64,000 nucleotides of DNA from Elsinoe ampelina (Eukaryota), in NCBI GenBank assembly GCA_010093995.1, contig ML992529.1, forward strand, positions 1 to 64,000, written 5' to 3'. The notes under the pieces were generated by a model. The model made no database searches, had not been told where the DNA came from, and saw only the letters and a program-made list of their open reading frames with translations. Within the stretch, counting starts at the first letter, position 1, and each line of letters begins with the position of its first letter. Of this stretch, positions 49,641 through 61,401 are shown piece by piece. The position numbers and the translations under genes are program-made.

Positions 49641-52151
49641 TCAGTCGCTGAACATGCCGTTGGTACCGAGATCGGGGGCGAACAGGTAATCCTGGTCCAG
49701 CATACTCATCAGTGAGTTGTTGCCCTGATACCAGTCCATGAGTTGATTCGGGTCTACAAATGCCTCATCCGACGGCATGTCAAACATGGCACTAGTGTTC
49801 TGCGAAGGTGGTGCAAACCCAATGGAGGACAATTGAGCGTCGATCTCAGCTGAAGTAGGGAGTGCCCAGTTGTCTGGTAGGTCTTCCAGGTCTGACTGGA
49901 TCCTTGGCTGTGGTCGTATTTCGTTCTCGGTAGCTTTCGCTCGTACATAAAGAGAGGCGACCTTCCAGAAGACGTCACAGAGCTTGTGGAGTCTGATCAT
50001 GCCCTCGGAGAAGCGGCGTTGCTCTTTCAAAGTTGCAACAAAGTTGGCAAGTAAGTCCAGGTCGCTGTTTGCTGATTGCGGCTGGGCAATGATTTGGCAA
50101 AACACTACCACAAATGGCGTTATGGGGGCTAGAAGAATGATCCTGGTGGCGGTCAGCGCCTTTGAGGCCCAACCGACTGCAGGCATTGTCCTTACCATCC
50201 ACAATGCGCAGTCCAGATCATTTGAGGCAAGTGTTTGTACCTCTCCCATGATCTGACTGTTATCATCAATGCATTCCGAGCTGCATCAAGAGCGGGAGAT
50301 TGAGAGTGTGCTGTTGTCATTGTGGCATGCTTGACAAGTGTGCTGTCCTCGAGGTCAGCATCGTTCCAATGACCTGTGAATGGGACGTACATGGTGCTGT
50401 GATGAATGACGGCGTCTGCTTCCTTGAACAGCATGCGGAAGTCCGGATGCCCAACTTCTCCAAGGATGCTACTAGACGACTGCACAAAGATCAGATCGGC
50501 TGAAAATAGTAGGCGAGGGTCATTTCTGACCTGCTCACGTAACGCCCACGATTCCCGTAGAGCATCCAGTAACTTTGACGCACGCCTGTGGCGCTCTTCG
50601 AGGGACACAGCCGCGGCGAGGGGACTGTAGAGCTGCTCAACCACTTGGCACTGTAGGTCTCCAATCCGGCAGGAGTGTCCGAAGGCTTCAACGAAAGTAT
50701 TGGGAATCGCAGAGTCGTGAGACATGCGCGGCACGGAGATGGCGTAATTCTGAATGACAGGCACCTGTCCGTAGCGGATGGCAAAACTCGTGTCGATCCA
50801 GTAGGTCAGCCAGAACAAGAGAATCTTGCCTTGCCGCTCCTCTTCTGTATCGTTCTGCATCGTTGATAGTCGGTGGTAACCAAGAGCAATAACCATGGAC
50901 GCAGCTTTGGCGCTGAGCACCTGGGCTAGTCGAGATCTGCAGAGGTTTACAGCAATACTCGCCTGCTAGCAGTCAGGTTGAGAACGCAACGATTATTGCT
51001 GGGCACTTACAGCCATGACGAGCGCATTCGTCGCTTCCGCTGTTGGGGACATGATTAACTTTAGATCATTGGTGGCTTGATCGAGGCGCATCAGGAAGAT
51101 ATGCTGCAGGTCCTTGCATCTAGCTGCGAATGCTCGGTCTTGCCCAAGATCAGAATACTCATTACCTAAGTACCATAGCGTACTATAGAGAAGTACCCTC
51201 CGCACAGCATTGTTCTGACCATTCGTCGAGTAAACGCTGTTCCACATGTCTCTCAGCAAAGGCACACTCAATGTAGGAGCGAAGCTCAGACAGATGCTCC
51301 CTGCAAAATAGGTATTAGTCCAATTTGTCTGGTAGTAAATGCACTTACCAGCAGCCGTCTCTACGAGCCTATCAACTTCATCCTTACTTAGTGCCTCCGA
51401 TGCCTCGCTGAACGCGGACGACTGTCCTGAAGCAAGGAAGCCACTTGCACTGGGAATGTCGTCAATTTTTGCCACCATTTCCTTTAGTGATTCTAGAGCA
51501 CCAGCCAGGTCGGAGTTCTGTAAGCGAGTGGAACTTTTCCCAATCACGTTTTCCACCAGACCGGTGGCGATCCTGGTGTGAGTATCATTGGTAGCGTCGG
51601 GAATACTGAGACTCTCGGTGGCATGCATGGTGGTGGGCGATGAGGAGGCATCGGTTGAGTCTCGATCATGATACGTCGTGCTGGACCTACCAGAATTTGA
51701 CTGCTCCTGCAACAGGCGCTCGATACTTTTCAGACGATCTTCGATCCGGTCAATCTTATTCTCGCTGGAGGTTGGGTCAGTCTTGACACGGGTGGCAAGT
51801 CGAAGACGTGACCAACTATTGTTTTGTAATGATCACGCGTGACTTGGACTCGCCTGTCTGAGCCGTAGTCGTTCGACATACTGACAATGCTTCAGCTGCA
51901 TGCATCGGGTCACCGGGGACGTACTTACTCATGCCACCACTTTTGCAATGTGAGCATGGTGAGCCTTTGTCACACCGCACCTTTCTGGCTCGGCAAGCAT
52001 CACACTACCAGATCCAAGTCAGCGATGGGATTTGCATGCCGACTAGGTGCATGCTGAGGAAGGTCTACCAGCAGCATCGAATGAATGGAGAATATCTACT
52101 TACAGCACGTTTCTGAGCTACGTCCGTCACCGACTCTTTCGTGTGAGCCAT
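49641..52151 (-). CDS. Zn(II)2Cys6 transcription factor with fungal-specific middle homology domain, multi-exon
   Basis: Manual splicing gives MAHTKESVTDVAQKRA|CDACRARKVRCDKGSPCSHCKSGGM|.CRTT, which is not in the ORF track. Later exons contain ALGYHRL...LFWLTYWIDTSFAIRYG. Confidence 0.87.
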
Positions 52152-52376
52152 GCAGAAGTCCTATGGCTGACAATCAGCCTTGCTGTGCACTATTCACATG
52201 GTTATGCATAATAGTAAGAAGGGAGAGGAATGACACGGCTGCGATGCGGCTCAACCCACCTCGGCCGAGTTCCGGCCTGCGTTTGCATTCAGCTCTGATA
52301 CTGTTCTTCGACAACAGCACCTCGTTGTCACCATTCTTCTTATCGCATATCGACATCCTCGACTGACATTACTCGG

Positions 52377-52800
52377 ATGGGAGCCTTCTCCGACGTCATC
52401 CATGTAAGCGCACCAGTCCACCGTATGTCTCCGTAATCATCACTAACACCGCCAGGCCCTCCTCATCCCCGCAGGCATAGCCATCGTCCTCTACCTCTCC
52501 CTCTCCTTCCTCATCCTCCCCGCCATACGACGCTACCGCAACCGCTACGACCAGTACATCCCTCTCCAACGGGTCTCCAACACAGTAGCAGCCAGCACGA
52601 GCACCCTCCGCGACAGACTGGCCGATGTGGTGACGCGGATAGCACTGCCTCACGTACGGGGACGGATGCTGGGGCGGACGATCGTGCAGCAGGGCAGGGA
52701 CGATTCCCTCGAAGACCTCTATGCGCTGGAAGAAGGGGAGGAGCTAGAAGACTTTATCGAGCGTGCGGAACATTCGGTGGATGAGAGCAGTGATGCGTGA
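52377..52800 (+). CDS. Small single-pass membrane protein (123 aa, 2 exons), absent from the ORF track
   Basis: Exon 1 52377-52403, intron GTAAGC...CTAAC...CAG 52404-52455, exon 2 52456-52800. Product MGAFSDVIHALLIPAGIAIVLYLSLSFLILPAIRRYRNRYDQYIPL...DESSDA*. Confidence 0.8.
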
Positions 52801-52975
52801 CCCTTGATTCGCCCATACATGCTACACAGCGAGGCGTTTCCGGAGTAAAAACGAGTGGGTATCATGTTCCATGCTATGTACTATACTGTGCACTAGTCGT
52901 TGCTGTCCATTATCAATTCATACCGCCCGCTTCGTGCCCGTCGTCAATCGTTACATCTGGCCGTATACACAATTA

Positions 52976-54541
52976 TCAGGGTTTCTTGTACCAATACCCT
53001 GCCAGTTCTCGGTTCATCTTCCTCGGTGGCGGCGCTACGTCGTGGTCGCACTTGACTACCACCTGTGTTGGTCTGTCTTTGAGTGCTTGCAGCATTCTGT
53101 CGTGGTTTTCCGCTTGGGATGTCTGTAGTTTCTCGATCCGTTCGTCCATGAGTTTGTACATGTCCCGTTTGAGTCTGGCCATGTCCTTTGTGTGAGCAGC
53201 CTGCATCTCTTCGATCCTTTTCGTGACTATCGCATTGGAGTCCGGGAGTGCTTCCACAGAGCTCTGCATCTTGGAAACAATCTTATTGCTTGCCTTCTGC
53301 GATGATATCAAGCCTTGAAGCTGTGTCTGTTGCTGCTCGATCACTGTCTGCAGGCGCTGCATGCCACCTGCGCTGGGTGTGGGAGGTGATTTCTCGGGGC
53401 TGACAGGCTTCTGCCTCTCCGAAACTTGATCCAAAGACGACATGATGCGGTCGAGCTTGTGGTCGCCGGCGTGTTGGCGCTCAAGGATCGTCTGCACTCG
53501 ATCAGCTGTCTGCTTGCCGGAGAGTTTCGTGTCCTGGATCTCGAGGAGACTGACCCGCTGTGTTTCGGCCAGACCATCCAGGCGCCGGAATCCTTCCTCC
53601 ATTCGCCGTGTCATATTATCCATGCGATCGGTGTCGTCGGCTTGTCGCTCGAGGACAGTCCGGACATGGGAGGCATTTGTCTCAATCGCAGATCGCATGT
53701 TCTTGGTGCTGATGGCGCCCGCGGTATACTGAGTTGTGAGAGACTGGATCTGCATCATTGTCGACTCCAGCGCTTGGTGTAGTCTGTCCACGGAATCGGC
53801 GTACATCTGCTGCCTCTCAGCGAGCACATCGATGCGCAGGTTGGTTTGATTCATCATCATTTGCATGCGATCCAGTGTTGAGTTCAGTCCTGCCATATCG
53901 ATGGAGTTTTGGTTCGACCGAGGAGGTGTTGGCACCGTGAACGGGTCGTCTGGGAGGAGTGCCGGACTACGATGCATGTCTTTTGCTTGTGGTCCCTCGC
54001 CGATGGTGCCTAGTGATGGAGTTGATAGCATGCGCATTACTGTCCCTCTCTTGCCTGCGCGCCGCTGGCCGTTCAGAGGCTTCTCTGGTAATTCTGCTTC
54101 CTGAGAATGATTCTCCTTCTCGTCGAGCTGGCGGTAGGTCCATTTGTCCTTGAGGTGCGCAAAGCGCGGATTGTCCCATGCTCGGGCAGGTACCCGGTCG
54201 CTCTTGAACGAGAACAGTTGACTACTCTCGCGCACCGAGTCTGGAAACTCGTCTTGCATGAGCTTCCACCAATCTTGCGCCGCTTCGGCATCGACGAATG
54301 TGAGGAGATATCGGGCACGATTGATCTTGAGAGGGCTCGAGAAGGATCGAACGCGGCGCGCATAGGCTAGAAACGGGTGAGGAGGTCCTAGAGTATCGCC
54401 GTCGCTTGTGGTGAGGAACGAGTCTCGCTTGCTGTTCAATGTCTCGCTGCTTGGAGGAGTAGGTTCTTTGTCGACGGTGGGACGCGATGGAGTGCGCGGC
54501 ATCGTGGCCGTTGGCGTGTGTGTGTCGCCGTTTTCCGACAT
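52976..54541 (-). CDS. Uncharacterised coiled-coil protein (521 aa)
   Basis: Long uninterrupted ORF with a Q/E/L/M-rich heptad-like C-terminal half ending CDHDVAPPPRKMNRELAGYWYKKP. Confidence 0.75.
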   Translation of the reverse strand: MSENGDTHTPTATMPRTPSRPTVDKEPTPPSSETLNSKRDSFLTTSDGDTLGPPHPFLAYARRVRSFSSPLKINRARYLLTFVDAEAAQDWWKLMQDEFPDSVRESSQLFSFKSDRVPARAWDNPRFAHLKDKWTYRQLDEKENHSQEAELPEKPLNGQRRAGKRGTVMRMLSTPSLGTIGEGPQAKDMHRSPALLPDDPFTVPTPPRSNQNSIDMAGLNSTLDRMQMMMNQTNLRIDVLAERQQMYADSVDRLHQALESTMMQIQSLTTQYTAGAISTKNMRSAIETNASHVRTVLERQADDTDRMDNMTRRMEEGFRRLDGLAETQRVSLLEIQDTKLSGKQTADRVQTILERQHAGDHKLDRIMSSLDQVSERQKPVSPEKSPPTPSAGGMQRLQTVIEQQQTQLQGLISSQKASNKIVSKMQSSVEALPDSNAIVTKRIEEMQAAHTKDMARLKRDMYKLMDERIEKLQTSQAENHDRMLQALKDRPTQVVVKCDHDVAPPPRKMNRELAGYWYKKP

Positions 54542-55453
54542 GGCTAATTACATGATATGTGCGATATATACAAGTGGGTCCAAAGCAAGGAAACGACGGG
54601 AGGTACTAGAGCGACGACATCATCAGGCCAGTCGCTTGACAGCGCATACAGACATCATGATCAGAGGCGGGCACGGAAAAAACATGCTAAAGAGCTGTAG
54701 CCCGTGTCTGCAGAGGTCTCGTCACGCCCCAAAACAGGAAACATGCTATGACCTTGCCTGATCGAGTTAGGGCGAGGTTATGGTTGTTTTTTTAATTTCT
54801 GCAAGGGACTCTGTACCGCTCTTTGACATGTCCTTGACAACTTCATCTCTTTGCAGCCACAAGACCCAAATTTTATCACAATACCAAGCTTTCTCGACTC
54901 TGTCTCCTCCCGTGTGGCTACCATGACCTGTGGTCTTCATTTCTTGCATGCCTCGGAGGTTCCTTAGCAGACATTGATACGCATCAGTAGTGACTCGTCC
55001 CGTGTACCCCCACACAGACGTCACTTGTCCTCGGAGCTTTTCGGGGCAGCCATGGCGGACTAGTTAGCTTGTTATACGTCGGGCGAGTGAGTGAGCATAC
55101 CTACAGTACTGAGCAGATTGATGGTCCAGGAGCGATCAAAGACTTACTTGACTGTCAACGAGCCTGAAGAGCTGCGCAACAAGTTGCCTCACAGGCCAGA
55201 TGTTGCAGGCAATACCATTGCTTGCGAGCGAAGGGACTGGTTAGGTGGCAGATACATCAGCTGTGTCCGGGACATGGAGGAGCTGATGAGCAGGAAGGAG
55301 GAGATTTTGTCTAGTAACAAGTTGAAAATTTGTATGGTATTTCAACGTCTTCCTCTGTGATAATCATGGCCTTGGCCATGGTGAAACCGGTAGGTATTCG
55401 AAGTTTGCTGCATTGTGGCCAACTGACCTGGCAGTGATAGTGTCTGTCCTTCT

Positions 55454-56788
55454 TTATTCTCTTCTCATGCTAATCAACGGTAAGCCGACCGTGGCTCGTG
55501 CCCACTGTAGTGCACTGTCCCATTCGCTCCCCTTCCTCCCCTTCAGCTTGTGTGAGATGTCATCCACCACCCTCGTGCTCACAAATCGTGCCCACCACGC
55601 CAACTTCATCTCGTTCAGCACGACTCCCCAATGCAGCAGAATCATCAGAGCTGATTGATTGTCATCTTCAATATCCTCGACAAAGGACCAACCAGCCCAA
55701 GCAAGTAGAGCGAGACACATGATTGGTTCCTCTTCGATCGACCTGAACAGCCAGTCGACAGCATCTCTGTGCGCTTTTGCTCGCGCGTCCTGCACATTTC
55801 CTGCTTGGATCTCAGCCTCAGCCATGGCTCGAAGCTCGCATAGAGGCTGCGAGAGCTTCTTCTTGCTGGCTTGCTGCCAGTCGTCCACCATTGGAGTTCG
55901 TGTATTCTTTGCTGCAAACGGGCTGTTCTCAATGTGACCTTGGCCACTTCTGACCAGCTGTGTTATGATCATGACTTGTTGAAATGACACGAGCACACCC
56001 TGAATTGGCGTGGCAGGGACATCACTTGGCGCGCTCGAGAGCTGAGGTGAGACCATGGAAAAAGTCATGTTGAGGATACTGAAGAGGTAGAGAGCATCAT
56101 AGTTCTCGCTCGATGCATTGGCGGCAGCTGCCCGGGCGGCTGACGTGGCAGCATCCTGATACTGTAAAGCCCGCTTCACGTACTGTATCGAGACTGTCCG
56201 GTCCTCGTTTTCTGCGCCCAGCTGTAAGCTTGACAACCCTAGGATCATGTCCATCAAAAAGTTGTGCTTGAAGGCTATATCCGTGGCGGATCCCAGCCAA
56301 ACTGGAATGTCCGTCTCGACACGGACCGCGCTGAGATGGGTTCTAGTGCACCATTGTCGCATGAGCTCGAGGTCTACATTGCGATCATAGGTGAAGGCGG
56401 ACAAATTCAACGACCTGAGCGAAGGAAGGTTGTGTCCATTATTGTCCTGCTGGACGGGCGCGCGCAGAGGCGACGGAGCTCCTTCTTGGGTAGCTACCAG
56501 TCCTGAGGCCATACTATCCACAGGTACCGCCGGTTTCGCATTGGTCCCGGTGCTCGGATCTGCGTGTACTGCTGTGGCGGGCGGTGGGGATCTCGCAGAA
56601 GGTGTGGCAGATGCAGGTCGTCCGATATAGAAGCACTGACTTTCGGCTTTTCGTACTTGACAATTGACACACGGGGGACCTTGCTCGTCACATTTGACTC
56701 GTCTCCTCTTGCAAGGAACGCAGCCGTTTCGTGATTTGGAGTGAGGTTTCCTGGTCTGGGCCCTGGTAGGTGGCGTCGGTGTGCTCAT
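55454..56788 (-). CDS. Zn(II)2Cys6 transcription factor, Upc2-like family
   Basis: RKPHSKSRNGCVPCKRRRVKCDEQGPPCVNCQVRKAESQC, DLELMRQW, AFKHNFLMDMILGLSSLQL. Confidence 0.88.
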   Translation of the reverse strand: MSTPTPPTRAQTRKPHSKSRNGCVPCKRRRVKCDEQGPPCVNCQVRKAESQCFYIGRPASATPSARSPPPATAVHADPSTGTNAKPAVPVDSMASGLVATQEGAPSPLRAPVQQDNNGHNLPSLRSLNLSAFTYDRNVDLELMRQWCTRTHLSAVRVETDIPVWLGSATDIAFKHNFLMDMILGLSSLQLGAENEDRTVSIQYVKRALQYQDAATSAARAAAANASSENYDALYLFSILNMTFSMVSPQLSSAPSDVPATPIQGVLVSFQQVMIITQLVRSGQGHIENSPFAAKNTRTPMVDDWQQASKKKLSQPLCELRAMAEAEIQAGNVQDARAKAHRDAVDWLFRSIEEEPIMCLALLAWAGWSFVEDIEDDNQSALMILLHWGVVLNEMKLAWWARFVSTRVVDDISHKLKGRKGSEWDSALQWARATVGLPLISMRRE

Positions 56789-57541
56789 GGCGGACGCAGC
56801 ATGATTGATCAAAGCTTGGAGAGTCGTTTACGCCACACCGGTCCCGATTTACCTGATGAATGTTGAGATAGACATGGTTGGCCGAAATGAGAGGCTGATG
56901 ATGGCGAATTATCCTCAGCTCGCGTAGTAAGTCCAGTCGGAACGGCGTGACCAATGCTCCTGCTTCGGCTGGGGACAAAAATGATCCATATGAAAAATCC
57001 CTAGTTATGGATGTACTGATTATATTGATGTATCACCAGTAGACTGCGGCTGTATGCGGATCTGGAAATGTGGTTGATGTTGTGCATCTGGGAATCATGA
57101 TCGGCCGATGCCGGCAAGACGATGGAAGATGCAGCGGAACATCAGACAACCACACAATTGCTGTACAAGCGGTAATTAATATTGGTCCTATTATCTTACC
57201 ACCTCTGTCATTTCTGTAATCATCTGCTGACCGTGGAGTTCCTGTATCCGTGTAATTATGCAAAAGGTGGTCTTGAACTCCTTGCCAGTCTTCTTGTCCT
57301 TGTTCAAGACAATGCTATGGTTTGCAATCACTCCATTCTTGCTCTCTTCAGGAGTCTGCCTTTGCGAACTTCTTGTCAAGGTTGGTGGAGCTTTATGTGT
57401 TTTGATAACTGACTGTTCTTGGTGGTCCACCGGAGCAATTGGCTTGCCGACACTAGGGCAAGACCGCGGTGTCTGACTAAGATACAGGGCTTCTATACAG
57501 GCAGAGACCACGACCATTGTTGCCAGGTCTCGCCATCTGAG

Positions 57542-57580
57542 TGGAATTACTAGTTGGAACTACTAGATGGAACTACTAGA
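57542..57580. repeat. 13-bp tandem repeat TGGAACTACTAGA, 3 copies
   Basis: Read directly from the sequence; the first copy has two substitutions. Confidence 0.8.
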
Positions 57581-58130
57581 CCAACCATGCTCGAGACAGT
57601 CCAAGACATATTCGTCAGGCAGAGACTTGGAGCAGCATGTTTTCATATCGGAAGAACGTCGTTCTCTTTGATGTTGGTAGTGGAGCATGCGTAATACCAG
57701 CCTTAGTGGAGCAGAATTACTACAGCTGCAGTTCCAGGATGCCTAGGTCGCGGCGCTGTGTCTGGTATGCAGAGCAATATGCTTGACGCCGCAATCATGA
57801 AGCTGGTCAGTAGCGCTAGAAATATAAAATCTTCACCGCAGGTAGTATAACAAGGAATGCCATCAGCCATTGCGTATCATCGTAAGATGTCTAGTGCATG
57901 AGCGTAGAAGTAAGAACTAAGCCGCGCTTTAGATTTCCAAACTGACCCGGACCTCTTCGGCCACTCTGCACTCTGATTGGCTGCACATCTCCTGACCAAA
58001 ACAGCATCATCTCTCTTTTCATGTCCAAGGATCGCATCTCCCAAGACCTCGAGCTATTCAAACATATTTCTACCACCACGTTCCCCCTTCCGCGGCCATG
58101 GAATCGATATGACCCACCATCTCACCTTCA

Positions 58131-59924
58131 ATGGCCCGCTACAGCACACTGGGCGCGGGCGCCCCCACCACCACCAATCGCGACTCGCTCGAACTAGCAT
58201 CCCTAGCCTCCTCAAGCGGTAGTCCACGCTTGTCCGTCTCTTCCTCTCGCTCCGGCGCACCCTCCTCGCGGAAACTGTCCCTCGACACCTCCCCCAACGA
58301 TGCTCGACCCCTCGCCAACCGCCGCTCCTTCTCCGTCTCTTCTGCTTTCGACTTCGCGCCCAACCTCTTCCCCCTCTCCACCTCAGGAGCAGGCTACACA
58401 GCCATCGGCGCGCCCACCGCCGCGGGACCTGAAGCCGGCGGCGGCCTGGAGAAACACAAGAGCTTGACGTTCCTCAATGGCATGAGCTTGATCATCGGCC
58501 TGATCATCGGGTCGGGCATCTTCTCTTCGCCGGCGCAGGTGAACAAGAATGCGGGATCGCCTGGGGCGGCGCTGATCGTGTGGACAATAGCGGGGACATT
58601 GGCGTGGACGGGGGCGGCGAGCTATGCAGAACTTGGAGGGGCGTTGCCTTTGAGTGGAGGCCCCGCGGTGTATTTGAGCAAGATTTATGGGGAGTGGGCC
58701 GGGTTCTTGTTCACGTGGGTCGCGGTCACGGTGTTGAAACCTGGGTCGGCGGCCATCATTGCAATCATCTTTGGGGAGTACATTGTCAGGGCAGTCGTGG
58801 GGCCGGATGCGATGGAGGTGAGTCCGTGGTTGAACAAGGGAGTTGCGTTTGGGGGTTTGGCTGTCGCGACGTTGGTGAACTGCGTTTCGACCAAGATGGC
58901 GACGAGGAGCACGGATTTGTTGCTGGTCTTGAAGTTTGTGGCCCTGATTGGGGTGGGAGTGCTTGGTTTGGTGGTGTCAGTCACTGGATTCAGCTACAAG
59001 GGGCAGGCGAGTAAAAATTGGAAGAATATTGGATGGTTTGAGGGTACGAGTCACGATACCAGCGAGTGGGCGGTGGCGTTGTACGCAGGACTTTGGGCAT
59101 ACGATGGGTGGGACAACACCAACTATGTCACGGGAGAATTCATCAACCCTCGACGAGACCTTCCAAGGACGATACACACATCGCTGGCTATGGTAATTGT
59201 TTCTTATCTTCTGGCAAATGTCTCTTACCTTTTGGTCTTACCGATACACACTATCAACTCGTCCAATACGGTCGCAGTCACGTTCGGCCAACAAGTGTTT
59301 GGACCAGTTGGTGCTATTTCTTTTGCCTTGGTAGTGTCGTTATCATGCTATGGAAGTCTGGCGGCCACGACTTTTACGAGCTCGAGACTGGTGTATGCGG
59401 CATCGAGAGAAGGACTGCTGCCTTCGTGGTTTCAAAGACTGGGCTGGAGCAAAGACACCGCCGTGCGCTTACCAATGAGGACGAATCAGATGTCCAAGGC
59501 AGCGAAACTCTTCGCCGATGACGCTGGCTTCTTCTACACGCCGATCCTGGCCACCGTCCTCAATGCCGCCATCACAGCTGGGTACATCATTGTTGGAGAT
59601 TTTAGCACCCTCACCACCTTCTACGGCGTGGCAGGCTACACCTTCTACTTCTTCACGGTGCTCGGTTTGATCGTGCTGCGGGTGAGGGAGCCGGAACTCG
59701 ACAGACCATACAGGTGCTGGATCTCGACACCTGTCATCTTCTGCGCCGTCAGCATCTTCCTGCTGAGCCGGGCCGTCTTTGCGCAGCCGCTGCAGACCAT
59801 GATTGTAGTGGCCTTTATCATCGCAGGTGTGCCGCTGTACTGTCTTAGGATTTACTCTTCTGGGAGGCGTGGTCGAAGAGAAGGGCCTGACTGGAAGTTT
59901 TGGAAGCGATGGGGACGGTCATGA
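58131..59924 (+). CDS. APC-superfamily L-type amino acid transporter (LAT/Mup-like)
   Basis: IIGLIIGSGIFSSP, YAELG, ALYAGLWAYDGWDN, E..NPRRDLPR, RVREPELDRPYR. Confidence 0.92.
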   Translation: MARYSTLGAGAPTTTNRDSLELASLASSSGSPRLSVSSSRSGAPSSRKLSLDTSPNDARPLANRRSFSVSSAFDFAPNLFPLSTSGAGYTAIGAPTAAGPEAGGGLEKHKSLTFLNGMSLIIGLIIGSGIFSSPAQVNKNAGSPGAALIVWTIAGTLAWTGAASYAELGGALPLSGGPAVYLSKIYGEWAGFLFTWVAVTVLKPGSAAIIAIIFGEYIVRAVVGPDAMEVSPWLNKGVAFGGLAVATLVNCVSTKMATRSTDLLLVLKFVALIGVGVLGLVVSVTGFSYKGQASKNWKNIGWFEGTSHDTSEWAVALYAGLWAYDGWDNTNYVTGEFINPRRDLPRTIHTSLAMVIVSYLLANVSYLLVLPIHTINSSNTVAVTFGQQVFGPVGAISFALVVSLSCYGSLAATTFTSSRLVYAASREGLLPSWFQRLGWSKDTAVRLPMRTNQMSKAAKLFADDAGFFYTPILATVLNAAITAGYIIVGDFSTLTTFYGVAGYTFYFFTVLGLIVLRVREPELDRPYRCWISTPVIFCAVSIFLLSRAVFAQPLQTMIVVAFIIAGVPLYCLRIYSSGRRGRREGPDWKFWKRWGRS

Positions 59925-61401
59925 AGATTACAATTGTTGTTTGCATAGCCTAGGGTAGGGTAGCATTGGATATCGGAACATTGCTGACCAATCAATTTTG
60001 TAAAATGCCTGGAGCATTTTCTGCTCTGAGCCAATGATTGTGCTGAGCGAGCGTGTCGTACAAAGAACAAGGCTCGTTACAAGAAAAGATGACTGTAGCC
60101 AGCGAGGATACTCGATGCTTCTTCAAGCTTGCTCCTGCTCGGTACTGCACCTATGCCGAAAATACCATGCTCGAAATAGAGGAAAGTGTATTGAATCGAT
60201 CCAATCAGAGAACCAAGACGGTGTCTACTGTAAAGGGAGATGTAGGTATTTTTGGACGCCGTACGCGTAGACAAGGGATCTCTGGCGAATACGATTGCCT
60301 TTCATAGCCCTGCCGCGGTGTTGGTTCCTCCGTTTGTGTCTCCAGCTGAACGGGAGCTTTCTTTCAAGGGAAAAATCAGGTCAGGATCGAGGTCAGGGCT
60401 GAAAACACACGTGCTCCGGCACCAACACCCTTCCCTGCACCGAGTCACGTTTACTGTATGTTGACGAGCAGTGTTGTTGCCTGCCACTATCGTCTAGCTA
60501 GAGACGGATCACAATTGCTCCGTCTGGTAGTACTATCGCGAGCAAGCAATGGCGATCCGATAATTGTTGTCACCCTCCTAGTCATCAGCGAATGCAACAA
60601 GGACATGGTCAAATGTACTTACTGCACCCATCAGAACGGCACCGGCATCAAGCATTACCCATGTTAGTCAAAACCGTGCGCTCCATGTCAGACACCAATT
60701 CCAATCAACGGGCCAGACGCAGGTACAGTACTCGTGTACCTTTTGGCTAACCAATCCAATCAGCTGGATCAGGCGACCGCTGCTGAGCCCATCATGCCCA
60801 TGACAGGCAGAATGACAGATGCGGCTGCATGATGATGGGCCAACTTATTATCTGACTCCATCAAAGGGACAAACACTACTACGACCTCACTTTGTCCAGT
60901 GGCAGTGCTTCCTTCAATTACACTTTACTCATCTCCATCAGCTCACGGATGCCTCGGACCATATCAGCCTTATTGCCTGACCTCGTGTCCCCAATCGAGA
61001 CATGTTCTTGCTGTTTTCCCTCTATAGGTCGGTTGTCTGCGGCCTCCCGAGCATGAGTCCCCTAGGCTACCAATGACTCTTGACACCGATTTTAGCACCG
61101 CCTGTGGTCCTTCACACGCTCGTTCTGCGTCAGAGGGTCAGCTAATCTTATTCATCCTTCGCATTGTCGTTGTTCTAGAAGGTTGTGTCTGCCTTGTCAC
61201 CGTCTGAGAGACAAGTGTGATTGGTGCCTGAGCAAGGCATATAAGGTGGCGTATATCTCTCTCATTCTTCTCGTTCTTCATCATCACCATCAAACACATC
61301 TTCCGTATAGCATCACTACCGCTACCGTCTACCACTACCAGTCAGACCAACCAACCATATCCCCAACAATACACCACCACACAAACATCACAACATCAAC
61401 A

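Noticed and set aside
57033..57517. Short hydrophobic ORFs between the Upc2-like factor and the amino-acid permease
   Set aside because: They overlap on both strands and have no recognisable motif or convincing gene structure.
61183..61401. 155-aa version of the GRGGYN ORF with a His/Thr-rich N-terminal extension
   Set aside because: It starts at a non-ATG codon upstream of the TATA box. The extension is translated CA-rich leader sequence; the ATG at 61402 is the plausible start.
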